A DNA stretch of 63,795 bases, counting the filler, from Octopus bimaculoides (Eukaryota): NCBI RefSeq assembly GCF_001194135.2. It is 4 parts of 4 records of this genome, joined end to end, with 100 filler letters (N's around TTAATTAATTAA, not from the genome) between each part and the next. Parts side by side here need not be neighbours in the genome. Positions count along the whole stretch, not along the records: positions 25,665 to 52,628 come from NC_068984.1; positions 52,729 to 62,214 come from NC_068983.1; positions 62,315 to 63,795 come from NC_068997.1; 1 more part is not named here. The stretch is one strand, 5' to 3'. The notes below the pieces were generated by a model. That model had not been told where the DNA came from and ran no database searches. It saw only the letters and a list, made by a program, of their open reading frames with translations. The position numbers and the translations under genes are program-made. Position 1 is the stretch's first letter. Every line of letters begins with the position of its first letter. Of the stretch, positions 49,429 through 62,970 are shown piece after piece.

Positions 49429-52400
49429 TTGTGTGTCTGTATTTATTCCCCCGCCATCGCTTGACAACCGACGTTGGTGTGTTCATGTCCCCGTAACTTA
49501 GCTGTTTGGTAAAAGAGACCGATAGTATAAGTACAAGGCTTACAAAGAATAAATCATGGGGTCGATTTGTTCGACTAAATGCGTTGTTCAAGCATGGCCG
49601 CAGTCAAATGACTGAAACAAATAAAAGAATAAAAGAAGAATAAAAGAATATGCATACCACTGTTTGGCACTTCTATTTTGTACTGTCTTTACGGCGAGCC
49701 ACCATTGCTGTCAAAGATGAGATACTTAAATATATTATTGTGTCCAATCAATAATAAAAATAGATCTAAATATCTCATTTTTGTGGCCTGAAATAAGAAT
49801 GGCTTCTGTGGCTTTGTGGACATTGACGTTGATAAAGTATAACTTAGTGTTTGGTATAGAGGTTTCAATCCCTTTTTTGAAGTTATAAAGCGTTATGTAA
49901 TTTTATCTTTATTTGTCATTATACTGGGGCACCATGAATTTTTGTTGAATGAATTCACCCCTGCACTTCTTCTTTAATCCTGGTTCTTATTTCATCAGTC
50001 TCTTTTTCCAAACCACTACATTATAAGTTATAAATACATACATATATACACATATACACATACGTCTTCGTAAAGAGTCTGGTTGAATAAGTAGGAGTTT
50101 TAAGCAACAATCACTACAGGCGTTGATTTGTTCGACGGACGAAATCGTTCAACGCCGTGCCAAGCATGGCCGTTGTCAAATGTATGTAAGACAAACGATA
50201 AAGTTTGTGTAATTAGTTAATAATAATTCATAAATTAATAGATTTTATATGCGTTCTTGTCATTTACCGTCATTTAACATCATTTCTTCCTCCTGCCATC
50301 TATTTGTATTTGTTTCTATATGGCTGTTGTATATACTCATGTGTGTGTATATGGATGCATGTATGTTATTTAAACTTGAGAGATTCATGTATTGTTTTGA
50401 TGCAAATAAATAGAAGCTTAAAGTTTCTGATAAGAGATCATATGAATGACTGATTTGTCGATTTAAATAACTAATGTTTTTGGATTAATAAACTAGCTCG
50501 CACTAATAATAGATAAATTGCTTTACTTTCAAGAGAATAGAACAATAATAGATATGAATCGTATGAATACATTCTCTTAAATTATACTCACACGGTTTGT
50601 CATTTAAATTCTATTCACAAGTGATATTTCGTATCAATATCTTCATTTAATAAACTTCTAATATCCATTATTCTCAATAAATAGCTAAAACTAAATGAAG
50701 ACATACGTTGTAAAAGTTAATATCAAGGGTCAAACAGGTAATATGCTAATATTTGATGTTGAGTTACAACTTAGAATGTTACGCTTTTACATTCTCTCTA
50801 TGCTTATCATTAATATAGCAGCACCTTTTAAGTCTAATGTAAATGTTTTGCTTTCGCGATTGAGATTTTAAGCAGTCAATATATTTAGTAGTTATGAAAT
50901 TTCAGCTAGGTTGATTTCACTTTGATATTTGTACATAAGTTTTAGTAAGAAATTTTCTTAAGAATTACGTCAGAGAAAACACAGCTACACATAATGATTT
51001 CAAATTTTGTCACAATGTCAGCAATTTCGGGTGAGGGGATAAATCTATTTGATCGACCCCAGTAATTTGTAGGTACTTATTATATATCGATCCCAAAAGG
51101 ATGATAGCAATGTGGAACTCGGCAAAAGGTGAACTCCTGACCTAAAGACGCTCAAAATGCCACTATGCATTTTGTCCGGCATGCTAACGATTCTGCCAGT
51201 TTACTGACTTATATTCAATAAATAATAACTGAAAAGCGTAAGATGAAAAAAATGTCAAATACAGCTGAGATGTGTGGAGTAATGAGAAATTAAGTGTTTT
51301 TCTTAAATATACAACGCACCACCAGATCTGGGAATCGAAACCACGAACTGGTGAGCAACGCTTCATGCAACTAGGTCACGTTGATATATATAGCAGAAAT
51401 GTTTCTGTATCTCTGTTGCCAAAACTTGATTTGTTTTCAATAAGAATTTCCTGTGCTGTTTAGTTACTATTCGATTTTTCAGCTATGATCTAAATATTCT
51501 TTCTTACATTTTTGCATAATGTCCTATAATCAGCGCACATAAACTAATAATTCGAACGTATATAGTTTGGGTTAACTTTTGTTATTTTTTTATGCTGCTA
51601 ATTTGATGAACATACGCAATATATATTGACCATAGTCCGCATGATTTTGGATATTTTTACCTGCTAATGTCTATCTGTTAACCACGGGTATTTCATTCCT
51701 CCTTGCCATCAGAGTTCTCCTAGAACTAATTCGGATTTTAAAATGCAACAGTACTCTGCAAAGCCATGTGTAGTAGGTTAAACATTTTCAACAATTTAAT
51801 ATAGTAAATATAAATATCTGCTTGTCAACTGAAGCATTAGCCGTTTTCTCGTTTTGAAGTTCACCACAAAAACTAATGCAGCTTAAGTTCACAAACAAAC
51901 AATGCCTCTGTTGGTGACAACATGGTTGTCTTTCTTTTCATGTTTCTATTGCTTTTTCTGTTTTTTCTTTCAACTAATTTCTATGTGTGATCCGATAGTG
52001 CTACAAAAGATATTAAATTTTTGTAGCTCTATAACTATTGCTGTGTAGCAATTATTGCTGAAACCCGTACATTTCTCTCTATTCGTTGAAAATATAATCA
52101 TTCTATTAGATTTTCGGTGGTGTTTATAAACGATGATATGTTTTTTCTTGTCTCGCCTAATTCATTTAGCTTCCAGTTGAGAGTATTATAACTTTAACGT
52201 ATTACTGAAATACTAGAGGATTAGAGCTTACTACCTTATGTTTAGCATTGTAACTGCATTATTTATTCATCTAATGCGTTTATAATATCCCTTACTCAAC
52301 AGGTGTTTCAATTGTGCGTTCTTTCTTTAATTCCTAAGAGATTTTAAGTCTGTGTTTAGTATGATTCTTTTATCTCTGCTTCGTTATTTAATAAGTTGGT

Positions 52401-52740
52401 ATTTTTATACGTATATATAATTTACGACGCTGTAGGTTGTTAATTGAGTATGTTCATAATTTTATGTCAATTCCTCTCTAAAACTATGTAATATATGTTA
52501 TAGTTTATTGAGTATTAATCTTCTGTTTTCGTCTTTTCAGTCATCTGCAGCATAAAACTTGAAATGATATAGGAGTACCAGAACGTAATGGCGTATTTTC
52601 AACCACACACACACACACACACACACACNNNNNNNNNNNNNNNNNNNNNNNNNNNNNNNNNNNNNNNNNNNNTTAATTAATTAANNNNNNNNNNNNNNNN
52701 NNNNNNNNNNNNNNNNNNNNNNNNNNNNTATACATATACC

Positions 52741-52777
<37 letters not shown>

Positions 52778-52779
52778 GT

Positions 52780-53045
52780 GGAGGTGAACTTTGCTGTACT
52801 CTTTCATCACAACTTTCTCTCACTCTTACTTCCTGTTTCTGTTGTACCTCTATTTCAAAAGGGCCCGCCTTGTCACACTGTGTCACGTTGAATGTCCCCA
52901 AGAACTACGTGAAGGGTACACGTGTCTGTGGAGTGCTCAGCCACTTGCATGTTAATTTCACGAGCAGGTTGTTCCGTTGATCGGATCAACTGGAACCCTC
53001 GACGTCGTAAGCGACGGAGTAGCAACAACATCAACAACAACAATA
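52780..53045 (+). mobile_element. 3' part of SINE family C with (CAA)n-type tail
   Basis: Reverse complement of 1-200, plus tail GATCGGATCAACTGGAACCCTCG...CAACAACA. Confidence 0.8.
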
Positions 53046-53641
53046 ATAATATTATTTAACAACAAAAGAATGAGACCTCAATATTAGAGATATAGAGGAT
53101 TGATTACATATGTTATAATGTAGAACAAACAGTAAAAGGTTGTCATTACAGTACTCAGAGTTTCTCAATATCGGAGCGAAGAGCTACGATATATTCCCGT
53201 CGGATATTAATGGAAACAGACACTATGAAAAACCGTTAAATAAAAGGCAAGTAACTCTAATAGATGGGAAAAGAAATGACGAAAAAACTAAAAAATACAC
53301 GCAACCTTATTTTCACAATACATAGACATAAACCTCCTGCGTTCACAGTTACAGAAACATGTATACGTACAAGTACACACAAAACCGTGACACCCACTCC
53401 TCCACAGTGTTTAAAAATTTAGTTAAGAATATTACACTTTTACTCTTTTACTTGTTTCAGCCATCTGACTGTGGCCATGCTGGAGTGCCAAATTTAGTGG
53501 AGCAAATCGACCCCAGGGCTCATTCTTTGTAAGCCTAGCACTTATTATATCGATCTCTTTTGCCGACTTACGGGGACGCAAACACACCAGCATCGGTTGT
53601 CAAGCGATGTTGGAGAAAAAAACACAGACACACAAACATAT

Positions 53642-53688
<47 letters not shown>

Positions 53689-54251
53689 NNNNNNNNNNNN
53701 NNNNNNNNNNNNNNNNNNNNNNNNNNNNNNNNNNNNNNNNNNNNNNNNNNNNNNNNNNNNNNNNNNNNNNNNNNNNNNNNNNNNNNNNNNNNNNNNNNNN
53801 NNNNNNNNNNATATATATATATATATATATATATACGACGGGCTTCTTTCAGTTTCCGTCTATCAAATCCACTCGCAAGGCATTGGTCGGTCCGAGGCTA
53901 TAATAAGGTTATATTTACTATAGGTTATAGAGTCTGTAGTAAGATCACATTTACGAGGCTATAGTAGATGACACTTGACCAAGGTGTCGCGCAGTAGGAC
54001 TGAACCCGGAATGATGTGGTTTATCAGACTGTAAACCTGTTTATAGACTACTTACCCTCTATCGCGGTTCCTCCTTTGTCTGCGTGGTGCTCTCTTGGAG
54101 CCCCAGGTATTGATCGAGCTGTCGATTCCATCTTTCGATGCAAGATGGTTAACTTTGAGCAACTTTTATACGTTTTGAATCTAGATTTTTAGTTTTTAGG
54201 CCTCTCCTCCAATATAAATATATTTAATGAATCTACCCCACTATATAACCA

Positions 54252-54322
54252 GCTACCCCACTGATGAACCGAAATAAGTAAGTTAATATAACCTTACTTT
54301 AATCACGAAACGCGTATGTGGC
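54252..54322 (+). ncRNA. Type I hammerhead ribozyme motif, copy 1 (partly decayed)
   Basis: CTGATGA 54261-54267; stem II with AAGTAAG/CTTACTT; GAAA 54307-54310; palindromic CGCG; GUA triplet; stem I 3' TGTGGC against GCTACCCCA (imperfect). Confidence 0.55.
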
Positions 54323-55064
54323 TAATCTGAGTCGGATGGATTCGTTATTTATCTTTTTGCCTACGTTAAAAAGTATGTTACTATCTGAGATACCGTTTAT
54401 GGTAGCAGAAAAGTCATTTTAACGCCTATTTCTAAATTCGGTGTGTGATGAAGCAATTAGCTGACGCCTAATTATAATTATGCTTATAATTATAGAATAT
54501 TTGTATAATTTTATCTAAAAAGGTTATTTTAATGTACTAATCTACGAGGTAAAATTCTTAATTCTTAATTATTAATCAATTGATTAATTAATTAAATAAT
54601 TTTACATTTTTACTATTAATATTGAAATTATAATTTACTCTCTGACTGAAAACGGCAATTTCTGCGGTATTGCTGGTAACATACACGTGGGTATTAAGGA
54701 TGGATATGTGTTCACATTAGGCAGTATATTTTTTGGATGTGTTGGTTGGATATTAGTTATACAATGGCACTCGATCGCGTACATCTTTAATCCTAGCACT
54801 CTCAAATTTATATTTGAAATGCTGCACTGATGAGGCGAAATAAGTAAGTAAATATAACCTTACTTTAATCCCGAAACGTGTGTGTAGCTAATTTGAGTCG
54901 TGTGGTTTCGTTATTTTTCTTAAAATAAAAAAGTATGTTACTATCTGAGAGATCTTTTGTGAGAGCAGAAAAGGAATTTTAACTCCTAATTCTAAATTCG
55001 GTGCATGTTAAAGCAATTAGCTGACCCTTAATTATAATTATACTTATAATCATAGAATATTTGT
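54258..55064 (+). repeat. Diverged direct repeat of ~245 bp (54258-54504 and 54824-55064), period 566 bp
   Basis: Colinear shared blocks such as AAAAAGTATGTTACTATCTGAGA, CTAAATTCGGTG, AAGCAATTAGCTGAC and TAATTATAATTAT. Confidence 0.9.
54821..54888 (+). ncRNA. Type I hammerhead ribozyme motif, copy 2 (cleavage triplet mutated)
   Basis: GCTGCA / TGTAGC 6-bp stem I; CTGATGA 54827-54833; GG/CC-closed stem II; GAAA 54873-54876; CGTG then TG, giving a non-cleavable GUG. Confidence 0.55.
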
Positions 55065-57143
55065 TCAAAAGCATGAACATTAATGTTAGTTATCTGCTAA
55101 ATCCTAAATACAGGCAATAAAATATACGATATACAATTATTCTTCAAGTGTCTATGAAATTCAATGGCTAGCATTATTTCCAATGCCTAAAATTACTTGC
55201 TCTCTTCTCACCTATGATAACGACAAATTCTTTCCCCTTCATACTTTAGCACTTAAGTAATTTCTTTGACCCATTTTGGCGCAGTAGTTATGAATATTTA
55301 AACCATACACGGGCCCATGTCCGTGATTAGTTTTAAATGTCCTTTATATATATATTTCTCACGATCTGATAATTTCTTTACAATGCTTTTCTTCTTTAAC
55401 GGATTTTATTGTTTGTGAGATTCAATTACGATAACGCTTAAAAAGCGTAAGTTAACGGTTTTAGATATATTTGTTCTTTCTTTATCTTTCTCCCAGTTTC
55501 TCTTTATTTCTGTCACTGTATATATATATATATATATATNNNNNNNNNNNNNNNNNNNNNNNNNNNNNNNNNNNNNNNNNNNNNNNNNNNNNNNNNNNNN
55601 NNNNNNNNNNNNNNNNNNNNNNNNNNNNNNNNNNNNNNNNNNNNNNNNNNNNNNNNNNNNNNNNNNNNNNNNNNNNNNNNNNNNNNNNNNNNNNNNNNNN
55701 NNNNNNNNNNNNNNNNNNNNNNNNNNNNNNNNNNNNTATATAACATAATATAATATATGTGTCTGTGTATGCAATTATTTATAAAGGCATATATGCCTGT
55801 AATTTCTTGTATATTTTTATATCTACTCATGCTGTATCGGAGCACAAAGTATTTGGACAGAAGTTTTTTTCGTAATGTTTCAAACCTTATAAAAGTAACG
55901 TTTTGTACTTCAGCATTGTAACTTTCCAGGGTTCGAGATCCCATCATAAATCACTTGATTTTAGCATTATATTTCATACTTATATGTAGCAGTAAAATTA
56001 TTTCAAAGATACACTCTGGTTCATGTACTGTGAACATATGATCATGATGTTTAGCCATTAGAATTTACATAACACAGCCTGAAAATATCATCAGAGCCCT
56101 TATGTTAAATGATATATCCTCTTTTAAACGTCAAAATACATGTCTAGTCCCAACATCAATAATATGAAAGATATACTTGCCATATTAAAATATGAAGACA
56201 CCAATAGAAATCCTTAAATACAACGGAGATTATTATTAACAACAACCTACAGGTTTCATGGAGAAACGTTACTAAACAGTACATAAATCCACTTTAGTAA
56301 AAGGAATACAAAGAGAAATAAACGAATACACCAACTTTTAGGCAATAATATTTATCACAAATATTGGCAAACATTATCTCATAACATTTTCAGTACTATG
56401 CAATGTACCAAATCGATGTTTTTGCCTGTTTTTGTAATTGCTTGCGACATGGTTATCTCGCCTGAAGGTTTTAGTTTTAGTTTTATAATTGTCAATAGGC
56501 GCTGTTCCATATAATATGCGGAATTACCTTATGTTTATAAAGTAAAATAACACACAGAGACGTAAACTGAAACTAGCACAACCGCTAATATTTGTAAACT
56601 ATATTACCAATATTAAAATCGATTTCGTTTAAATACATAAATATGAAGTGGCTACCATCTAAGAAGCATTATTACCACTCCCAATAACTGTACTCCCCTA
56701 ATTAAAACGGTTCTTGTCTAAGCCTATTTGACATATGTCATTTAAATTTTACACAATTATGTTGTGCATACATACTAGTGACTGGTAACTTTTATATATA
56801 AACACTTACCGCATAGTCTTATAATGACGGAGTGATACTGGGGATGTGATATCTTGCATGCGTTAATTTTAGTTCTCCTTATCAATAACTTCATTGTTTC
56901 GTTCCAGGCAAACTGTCATCTGATGGAGAAAGAAGACTTCAAAGGTAACTAGTAGCGAGTTCTTTTGAAAATCTACAAAATTTGACATCGTGGTGTTATC
57001 GAATACCTAGAGACATAATGTTAAGTCTCCAATAACATTCATGCTGACATAGTTGTTACATAATTGCATGACACTAAAAAGTATATATTTTTCCAACTTG
57101 AAATTTCTATGCATTTTCCTTCTTAATATATAAATTTTACTTC

Positions 57144-57190
<47 letters not shown>

Positions 57191-58120
57191 TTATCCCATG
57201 AATAGTGCAGTTTTTTCATACTTCGTTTATTTTTGAAAATTAAGGTAAGCAGAGTTCTTTAATCTAAATGTACTCTCTATTTTCTACAATTCTTTACCAT
57301 CTGTCTGGTATAACTGGCAAGGCCCCGCTTCCAAAATCCACTTGCCTATGACGAAAAATACTCCTCCAGTACTGTTCTGACCTCGTCTACAGAATTCATA
57401 TTTTTTCTGTTCAAATGATTTAGAAAACTGCAGAATAAATTATAATGAGATGGGGCAATGTCTAGCGAATGTGGTGGATGGAACATCGTTTCCAATGCAA
57501 ACTACTCTAGCCATTGTAATGTCATCCTCACTGTATGTTGCCGTGCATTACACTTTGCGCGCAATTAGAGTCGGACATTTTGTGAAGAACACACTGACCC
57601 AACTTGCTGTCTTTTCGGATGGCACGCAAGCTTCAATGAATGTTCGAATGACCAAATCCAAACTACTCTGCTAGTTCTTCAACCGTTACGATGGGATTTT
57701 GTTCCACATGGGTTTGTAGGACGTCCTCGTCGAGCTCTACAGATCTTTCTGGACGAGACTCGTCTTCAAGGTTGTAGTTTCGTCTCAGAATTTCTGAAAC
57801 CACCGTTGACACTGGCTTACGCTTATTGTCCGATCCCCATATATTGCATTAATATTCCTCGCACTTTCCGCTGCGTTGTTGCCTTTAATGAACTCATAAA
57901 GCAAAATATGCCGAATATGCTCCTTTGTCACTTCCATTATAGCTTTGAAATGATAAGTGTTAAAATCGAAGTGCACTCTTCAAAACTGGCACTAAGAATA
58001 AGGGCAAGGTAAAATTACCAGTTCTTTTATAGCAAGTTGATGCAAGAAGCTTATACCGTCCCCCTCTGACTTAATTTCATGCAATTGAAAAACCCGCATT
58101 ATTTATAGGGTGACCAAATA
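57191..58120 (-). mobile_element. Internally deleted mariner (Mos1/SETMAR-like) with TIRs
   Basis: N-terminus MEVTKEHIRHILLYEF...CQRWFQKF (ORF 57785-57976); EQNPIVTVEELAE...KLGQCVLH (approximating WVPH); HPPHSLDIAPSHYNLF. TIRs at ~57191-57216 and 58088-58120. Confidence 0.88.
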
Positions 58121-59937
58121 CATAGGTGCAAAATTACGGAAATAGGCCAAGGAACATATTTCTTATTAGCTAAATAGTACGTTAAAAATTCTAAGAGTGG
58201 CAGGCAAAATAAATAAAGCTATAAACAACAGCGGCAGCGTTCGACATTTTAGTATTCATGGTTTATATTTTTTTAGCTAATACCGTACTTGCTATTACTT
58301 CTAACCTTGTCTATTTCGCGTGTCGATTTTAAATGATTTCTTTTCCTAAGGAAAACAGCATTATTTTATAATATAGACACCATATTAACTGTTTGTTTCA
58401 GATTTACTTTACTTTGAATTTTACACATTATATGCCTTACCTGCATCACTTCATATATACATTCGCATTCTGAGGTCGCGAAACCGCAAGTAATGCAAAC
58501 CTGCACCAAAATATTCAGATACTCGCGCGTGCGCATCTGTAGTATATGTATGCAGACATGTGTATGTTTGTGTATTTACTGGGTAGCTGCTTACGCCGAT
58601 GATGGCATGTTATCGCAATACGTTAGATTAACTTTTCTGGTTAATTTACTTCTATAAGTTAACACAATCTCATCGCTTTATATTAAGACCGTAGATGGTT
58701 TTATTATAAAGTAACCTTACTTATGCGTCACTACTTCCGTGAGAAGGAGATATTTCCTTTTGAAATACAGCATTTAAATCGAGTGAAATAATCTACTCTA
58801 TTTCTATTATGTTTCCACATGTAAGCATGTATATAATTTAAATTATAAAATAAAAATTCTCCATTTCTTTTGGAAGGATTCCGACAACCCACAAGTTACT
58901 AAAATGGATTGACACGTTGCTATGAAATAAAGTACTATGAGCAATTGGGTAAGCAGTGGACTGTGAGCTGTTGGCAGAGAGCGTTTAACCTCGTGTAACA
59001 GTAATCGTATTGTGGGATATAAAACCATTCATAAAACAGATATTTACTGTTCGTTTTGATTGGGTTTACTTTGAAACACAAGTATATGTCTACCACATGA
59101 CACTAAGCAACATCAAATAGTTATTGGTTTATATAACGAATTTTTAAGTACGCCTCACACGAATGAAGTGTTGCTAACGACGTAGAAACTGGTGGAATAT
59201 ATACATAGTTGTCTCCTCTCCAAATAATAGTTATCAGATTTTCAATATACGAATAACATTTTATTTCCCCCGAACTTGCTTTCCTAAATGTTTTGATATT
59301 TTTCTCTTTTTAGCAGTCATTGACGATTGCATCTATGTTTTAATGAGTCACCAATATAACACACGAATTTCAGTTCATTGAAACGTTCTTATTATTCGTT
59401 TTTTTTTCTTCCCGCGGATTTATATTTTTCGGTTCTTTAATAATTGTAATTTATACCATTAAGATTTTATACTAAGTCTCTTATCCCAGCGTGTGCTGTT
59501 TTCCAATTGAATAATTTTATTAATTCCCTTGTATATGCAAAAATCTGTATCCGGTTACGGATATAGATTTGATATAGATTTCTGAGGAGTCTATGTTTTG
59601 CTGTTAATTAAAATATCTGAAACTAATAGGCGTCTCTCAACTTGTATGTTCACAAATATTAGATGGTACTCATTTTGTTTTCTTAAAGTTAGCGTCTCCC
59701 TTGTTTCAACGCTTCTAACAATTTTAGTAACGTTACACTTAACTCCTTCAAAGAATCCCAAATAAATACATTGTCGCAAGTAGGTACATGTTAACACACA
59801 GAAGATTCGATCAGAATCTTCTCCATTCCTTAACGCTTGTATTCTTATTCGCATACCCGGCAACCCTGAAAGTTGTTTCTTTCATAATTACAACGGATTG
59901 CTTGAAGCTAAATTCCTTCCTACACCGCGATCCATGG

Positions 59938-59987
<50 letters not shown>

Positions 59988-60385
59988 TATATATATANNN
60001 NNNNNNNNNNNNNNNNNNNNNNNNNNNNNNNNNNNNNNNNNNNNNNNNNNNNNNNNNNNNNNNNNNNNNNNNNNNNNNNNNNNNNNNNNNNNNNNNNNNN
60101 NNNNNNNNNNNNNNNNNNNNNNNNNNNNNNNNNNNNNNNNNNNNNNNNNNNNNNNNNNNNNNNNNNNNNNNNNNNNNNNNNNNNNNNNNNNNNNNNNNNN
60201 NNNNNNNNNNNNNNNNNNNNNNNNNNNNNNNNNNNNNNNNNNNNNNNNNNNNNNNNNNNNNNNNNNNNNNNNNNNNNNNNNNNNNNNNNNNNNNNNNNNN
60301 NNNNNNNNNNNNNNNNNNNNNNNNNNNNNNNNNNNNNNNNNNNNNNNNNNNNNNNNNNNNTTCCTTCCTACACCGCGATCCATGG

Positions 60386-60437
<52 letters not shown>

Positions 60438-61430
60438 CATACATATACATATGTACGTCTGTGTGTTAGAGAAAGAGAAAGATTGAGAATGAGAGTGTGT
60501 ATGTGTCTTTATGTCGGTGCTTGTCTACCCCTCCCCACACGCCTCACCACCACCACTACGACTTGACAATCACTGTTGTGTTTACGTCCTCGTAACTTAG
60601 CCGTTCCGCAAAACAGACCGATAGACTAAGCACTATGCTTACGAAATAAGTTCTAGGATAGATTTGTTCGATTAAAGAAAAAAGAACTTCAAGGTCATGC
60701 TCCAGCATGGCCGCACACAAATGATTGAAACAAGTAAAAGACTAAAAGGATAAAAGAATATATAGTTTATCTTTCCGTTAAGGTAACATCGACAAAAACG
60801 AACTCCGTCCGATGTGAGATTAATATTGTTTGATGTACACAATATGTGCAAGGCGGGGAGCTTGCAGAAACGTTAGCACGTTTACTTTCTTAGTTCAAAT
60901 TCAGCCGAGGTCGACTTTGCCTTTAATCCTAACGGGGCCCATAAATTAAGGGCCATTTGCGTACTGGGATCGCTCTAATAGACTGGCTCCCTCCTTAAAA
61001 TTTCGGGCCTTGTGCCTAGAGTAGAAAAGAATATAAGCTACTAATAATTTCTTACGTTGTAGATTTTGTCTAGAAAGGTTTAGACAATACGTTGATCTCC
61101 TGAATCACCAGCTATTTCATCGCTGACTTTAGATCCTACTATGATTCACCAACTACCTTTGTAGTTTTGTGGTAAAAGGGGACATACTCTAATTCTCTTT
61201 CTCTTTTTCCTTTCGTTTTGCGTTTTCTTCACCCTTCCACTTTTTCTATCCACCAACCTCTCGTTTTGCCTGGTGATTTTTCTTGTTTATTATCTTGATT
61301 TGTTACTTGTATGAGCCATATGCTCAGAGACTAGCGACTGCTAAGCGTGTTATTAAAAAGCTTTCTAAACCAAATCTCTTATGTATGAAACTATCAATAG
61401 CGTAAAACGATATAAAGTCTACATTATATG

Positions 61431-61431
<1 letters not shown>

Positions 61432-61502
<71 letters not shown>

Positions 61503-61505
61503 GTG
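61432..61505. repeat. (TG)n microsatellite; others at 3054-3141, 32047-32117, (TA)n 48567-48635, (CA)n 57146-57186
   Basis: Direct reading. Confidence 0.9.
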
Positions 61506-62316
61506 ATGCGATAGTAGTCTCGCTAATTTTGAAAAATTACACTTCCGCGCTTTCTTATTTGTTTTTATTGAACAACCTGCACATATGATTTGTTTTTATT
61601 GCTTATTTCTCCCCATCAAATCGACGTTGCATGTCCGTTGGGAAAGTAATCGCAGAGCAACGTGTAATGCATTGTTTTGCTCAAGATCATAACTCACTGC
61701 GAGGTCCACGAATTGAAAGCACCATCTGGTGATCATGAATGAATCACCTGGTCACTAGGCCATGCACCCTCAGATATATACGTATACATGCACACATGCG
61801 CACACATACACATGTATGTATGCATTTTTGTAATTATGTATGTGTATTCATGTATTAAATGAATATCATGTCAAGAGAAGAGTCACACCCCTTCATTTGC
61901 TGTTCCATTAATTTCACAGTAAGTTCTCCAATCTCTTAACCCTTAATTCTGAAGTATACGCATATTGAGTTCTAACAACTGATTACTAGTACCGCTGTAT
62001 CTAAGCAAAGCATAATGCATATCTATACGTACGACATATGCGTGTGTAGATAGATTTGAAAGTCATATGTGTTTTCTCGTCTATGTTTTGTTTGCAATGT
62101 CCTGTACCCCGATATGCACCTATACATACAGGTGGATATCGGCATTCACACACCTGTACGTATATATGCACATACTCATTTACTATTTGTTTATATATAT
62201 ATATATATATATATNNNNNNNNNNNNNNNNNNNNNNNNNNNNNNNNNNNNNNNNNNNNTTAATTAATTAANNNNNNNNNNNNNNNNNNNNNNNNNNNNNN
62301 NNNNNNNNNNNNNNTA

Positions 62317-62640
62317 TACTTTTACATCGGTGGGACATCATTAATTTTCAAGAGGAGACTGGCAAACTATTTGAGTTTATTCAGAGATAAAAATAAAGAT
62401 TCCAAAACAAGTCTTAGCAAATTAATCTGGTGTATTAAAGACAGATACAAAGACTATACTATCAATTGGGAATTTATTTGTACTACAACACCGAACAAAC
62501 TTGGGATTAAAAAAATGTAACTTGTGTTTAGAAGAATTTTACCAGTTTTTACATCCAAGGATAATGTAGTAAATTCTAGACAGGAACAAGCTTTGAGATG
62601 CTTGCACATGAGGAAATTCACATTTGCCCAGTATAAATGA
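62317..62640 (+). pseudogene. Penelope-like element GIY-YIG endonuclease C-terminal relic
   Basis: Open frame 62317-62520 YFYIGGTSLIFKRRLANYLSLFRDKNKDSKTSLSKLIWCIKDRYKDYTINWEF, then frameshifts to KCNLCLEE and VNSRQEQALRCLHMRKF..YK* (TGA 62638-62640). Matches the Penelope EN pattern YIG..FK.R..T.LS..W.LK..Y.I.W..C.LCL.E..N.R.E..C.H. Confidence 0.85.
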
Positions 62641-62803
62641 GCAATAAACATTTAAACTACAGATTGGTTTGAAATAATGGACTATAAGTGATTATCCAAT
62701 CAAAACTTGAAATGGAAATTGTTCGCGACTAACTTAACGGACATACCACGCAGAGTAGATAAACGAAGAACTTTAAACTGTTAAATTGAAGAATGTTAGG
62801 TAA

Positions 62804-62890
62804 AGACCCTGAAGAAACTACACCGATTTTATAGTAGGGTTGCAATTGAAAACGGTTACTAATCGGTGCAGTTGAAACATGTGTAGGTCT
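62804..62890 (+). ncRNA. Type I hammerhead ribozyme (Penelope-associated)
   Basis: Stem I AGACC/GGTCT; core CTGAAGA 62809-62815; stem II AACTACACCGATT/AATCGGTGCAGTT (12 of 13 paired); GAAA 62874-62877; stem III CATGTG; GUA triplet ending at 62885. Confidence 0.75.
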
Positions 62891-62970
62891 ATGTAAAGCT
62901 GTTATATATTAAAAGAATTAAAGATAATGCTATACAACTTCGTAATAATCCTTACTATTATTGTTGGTTT

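Noticed and set aside
59591-59863. 90-aa minus-strand ORF
   Set aside because: No identifiable motif or splice signals; at most a decayed retroelement fragment.
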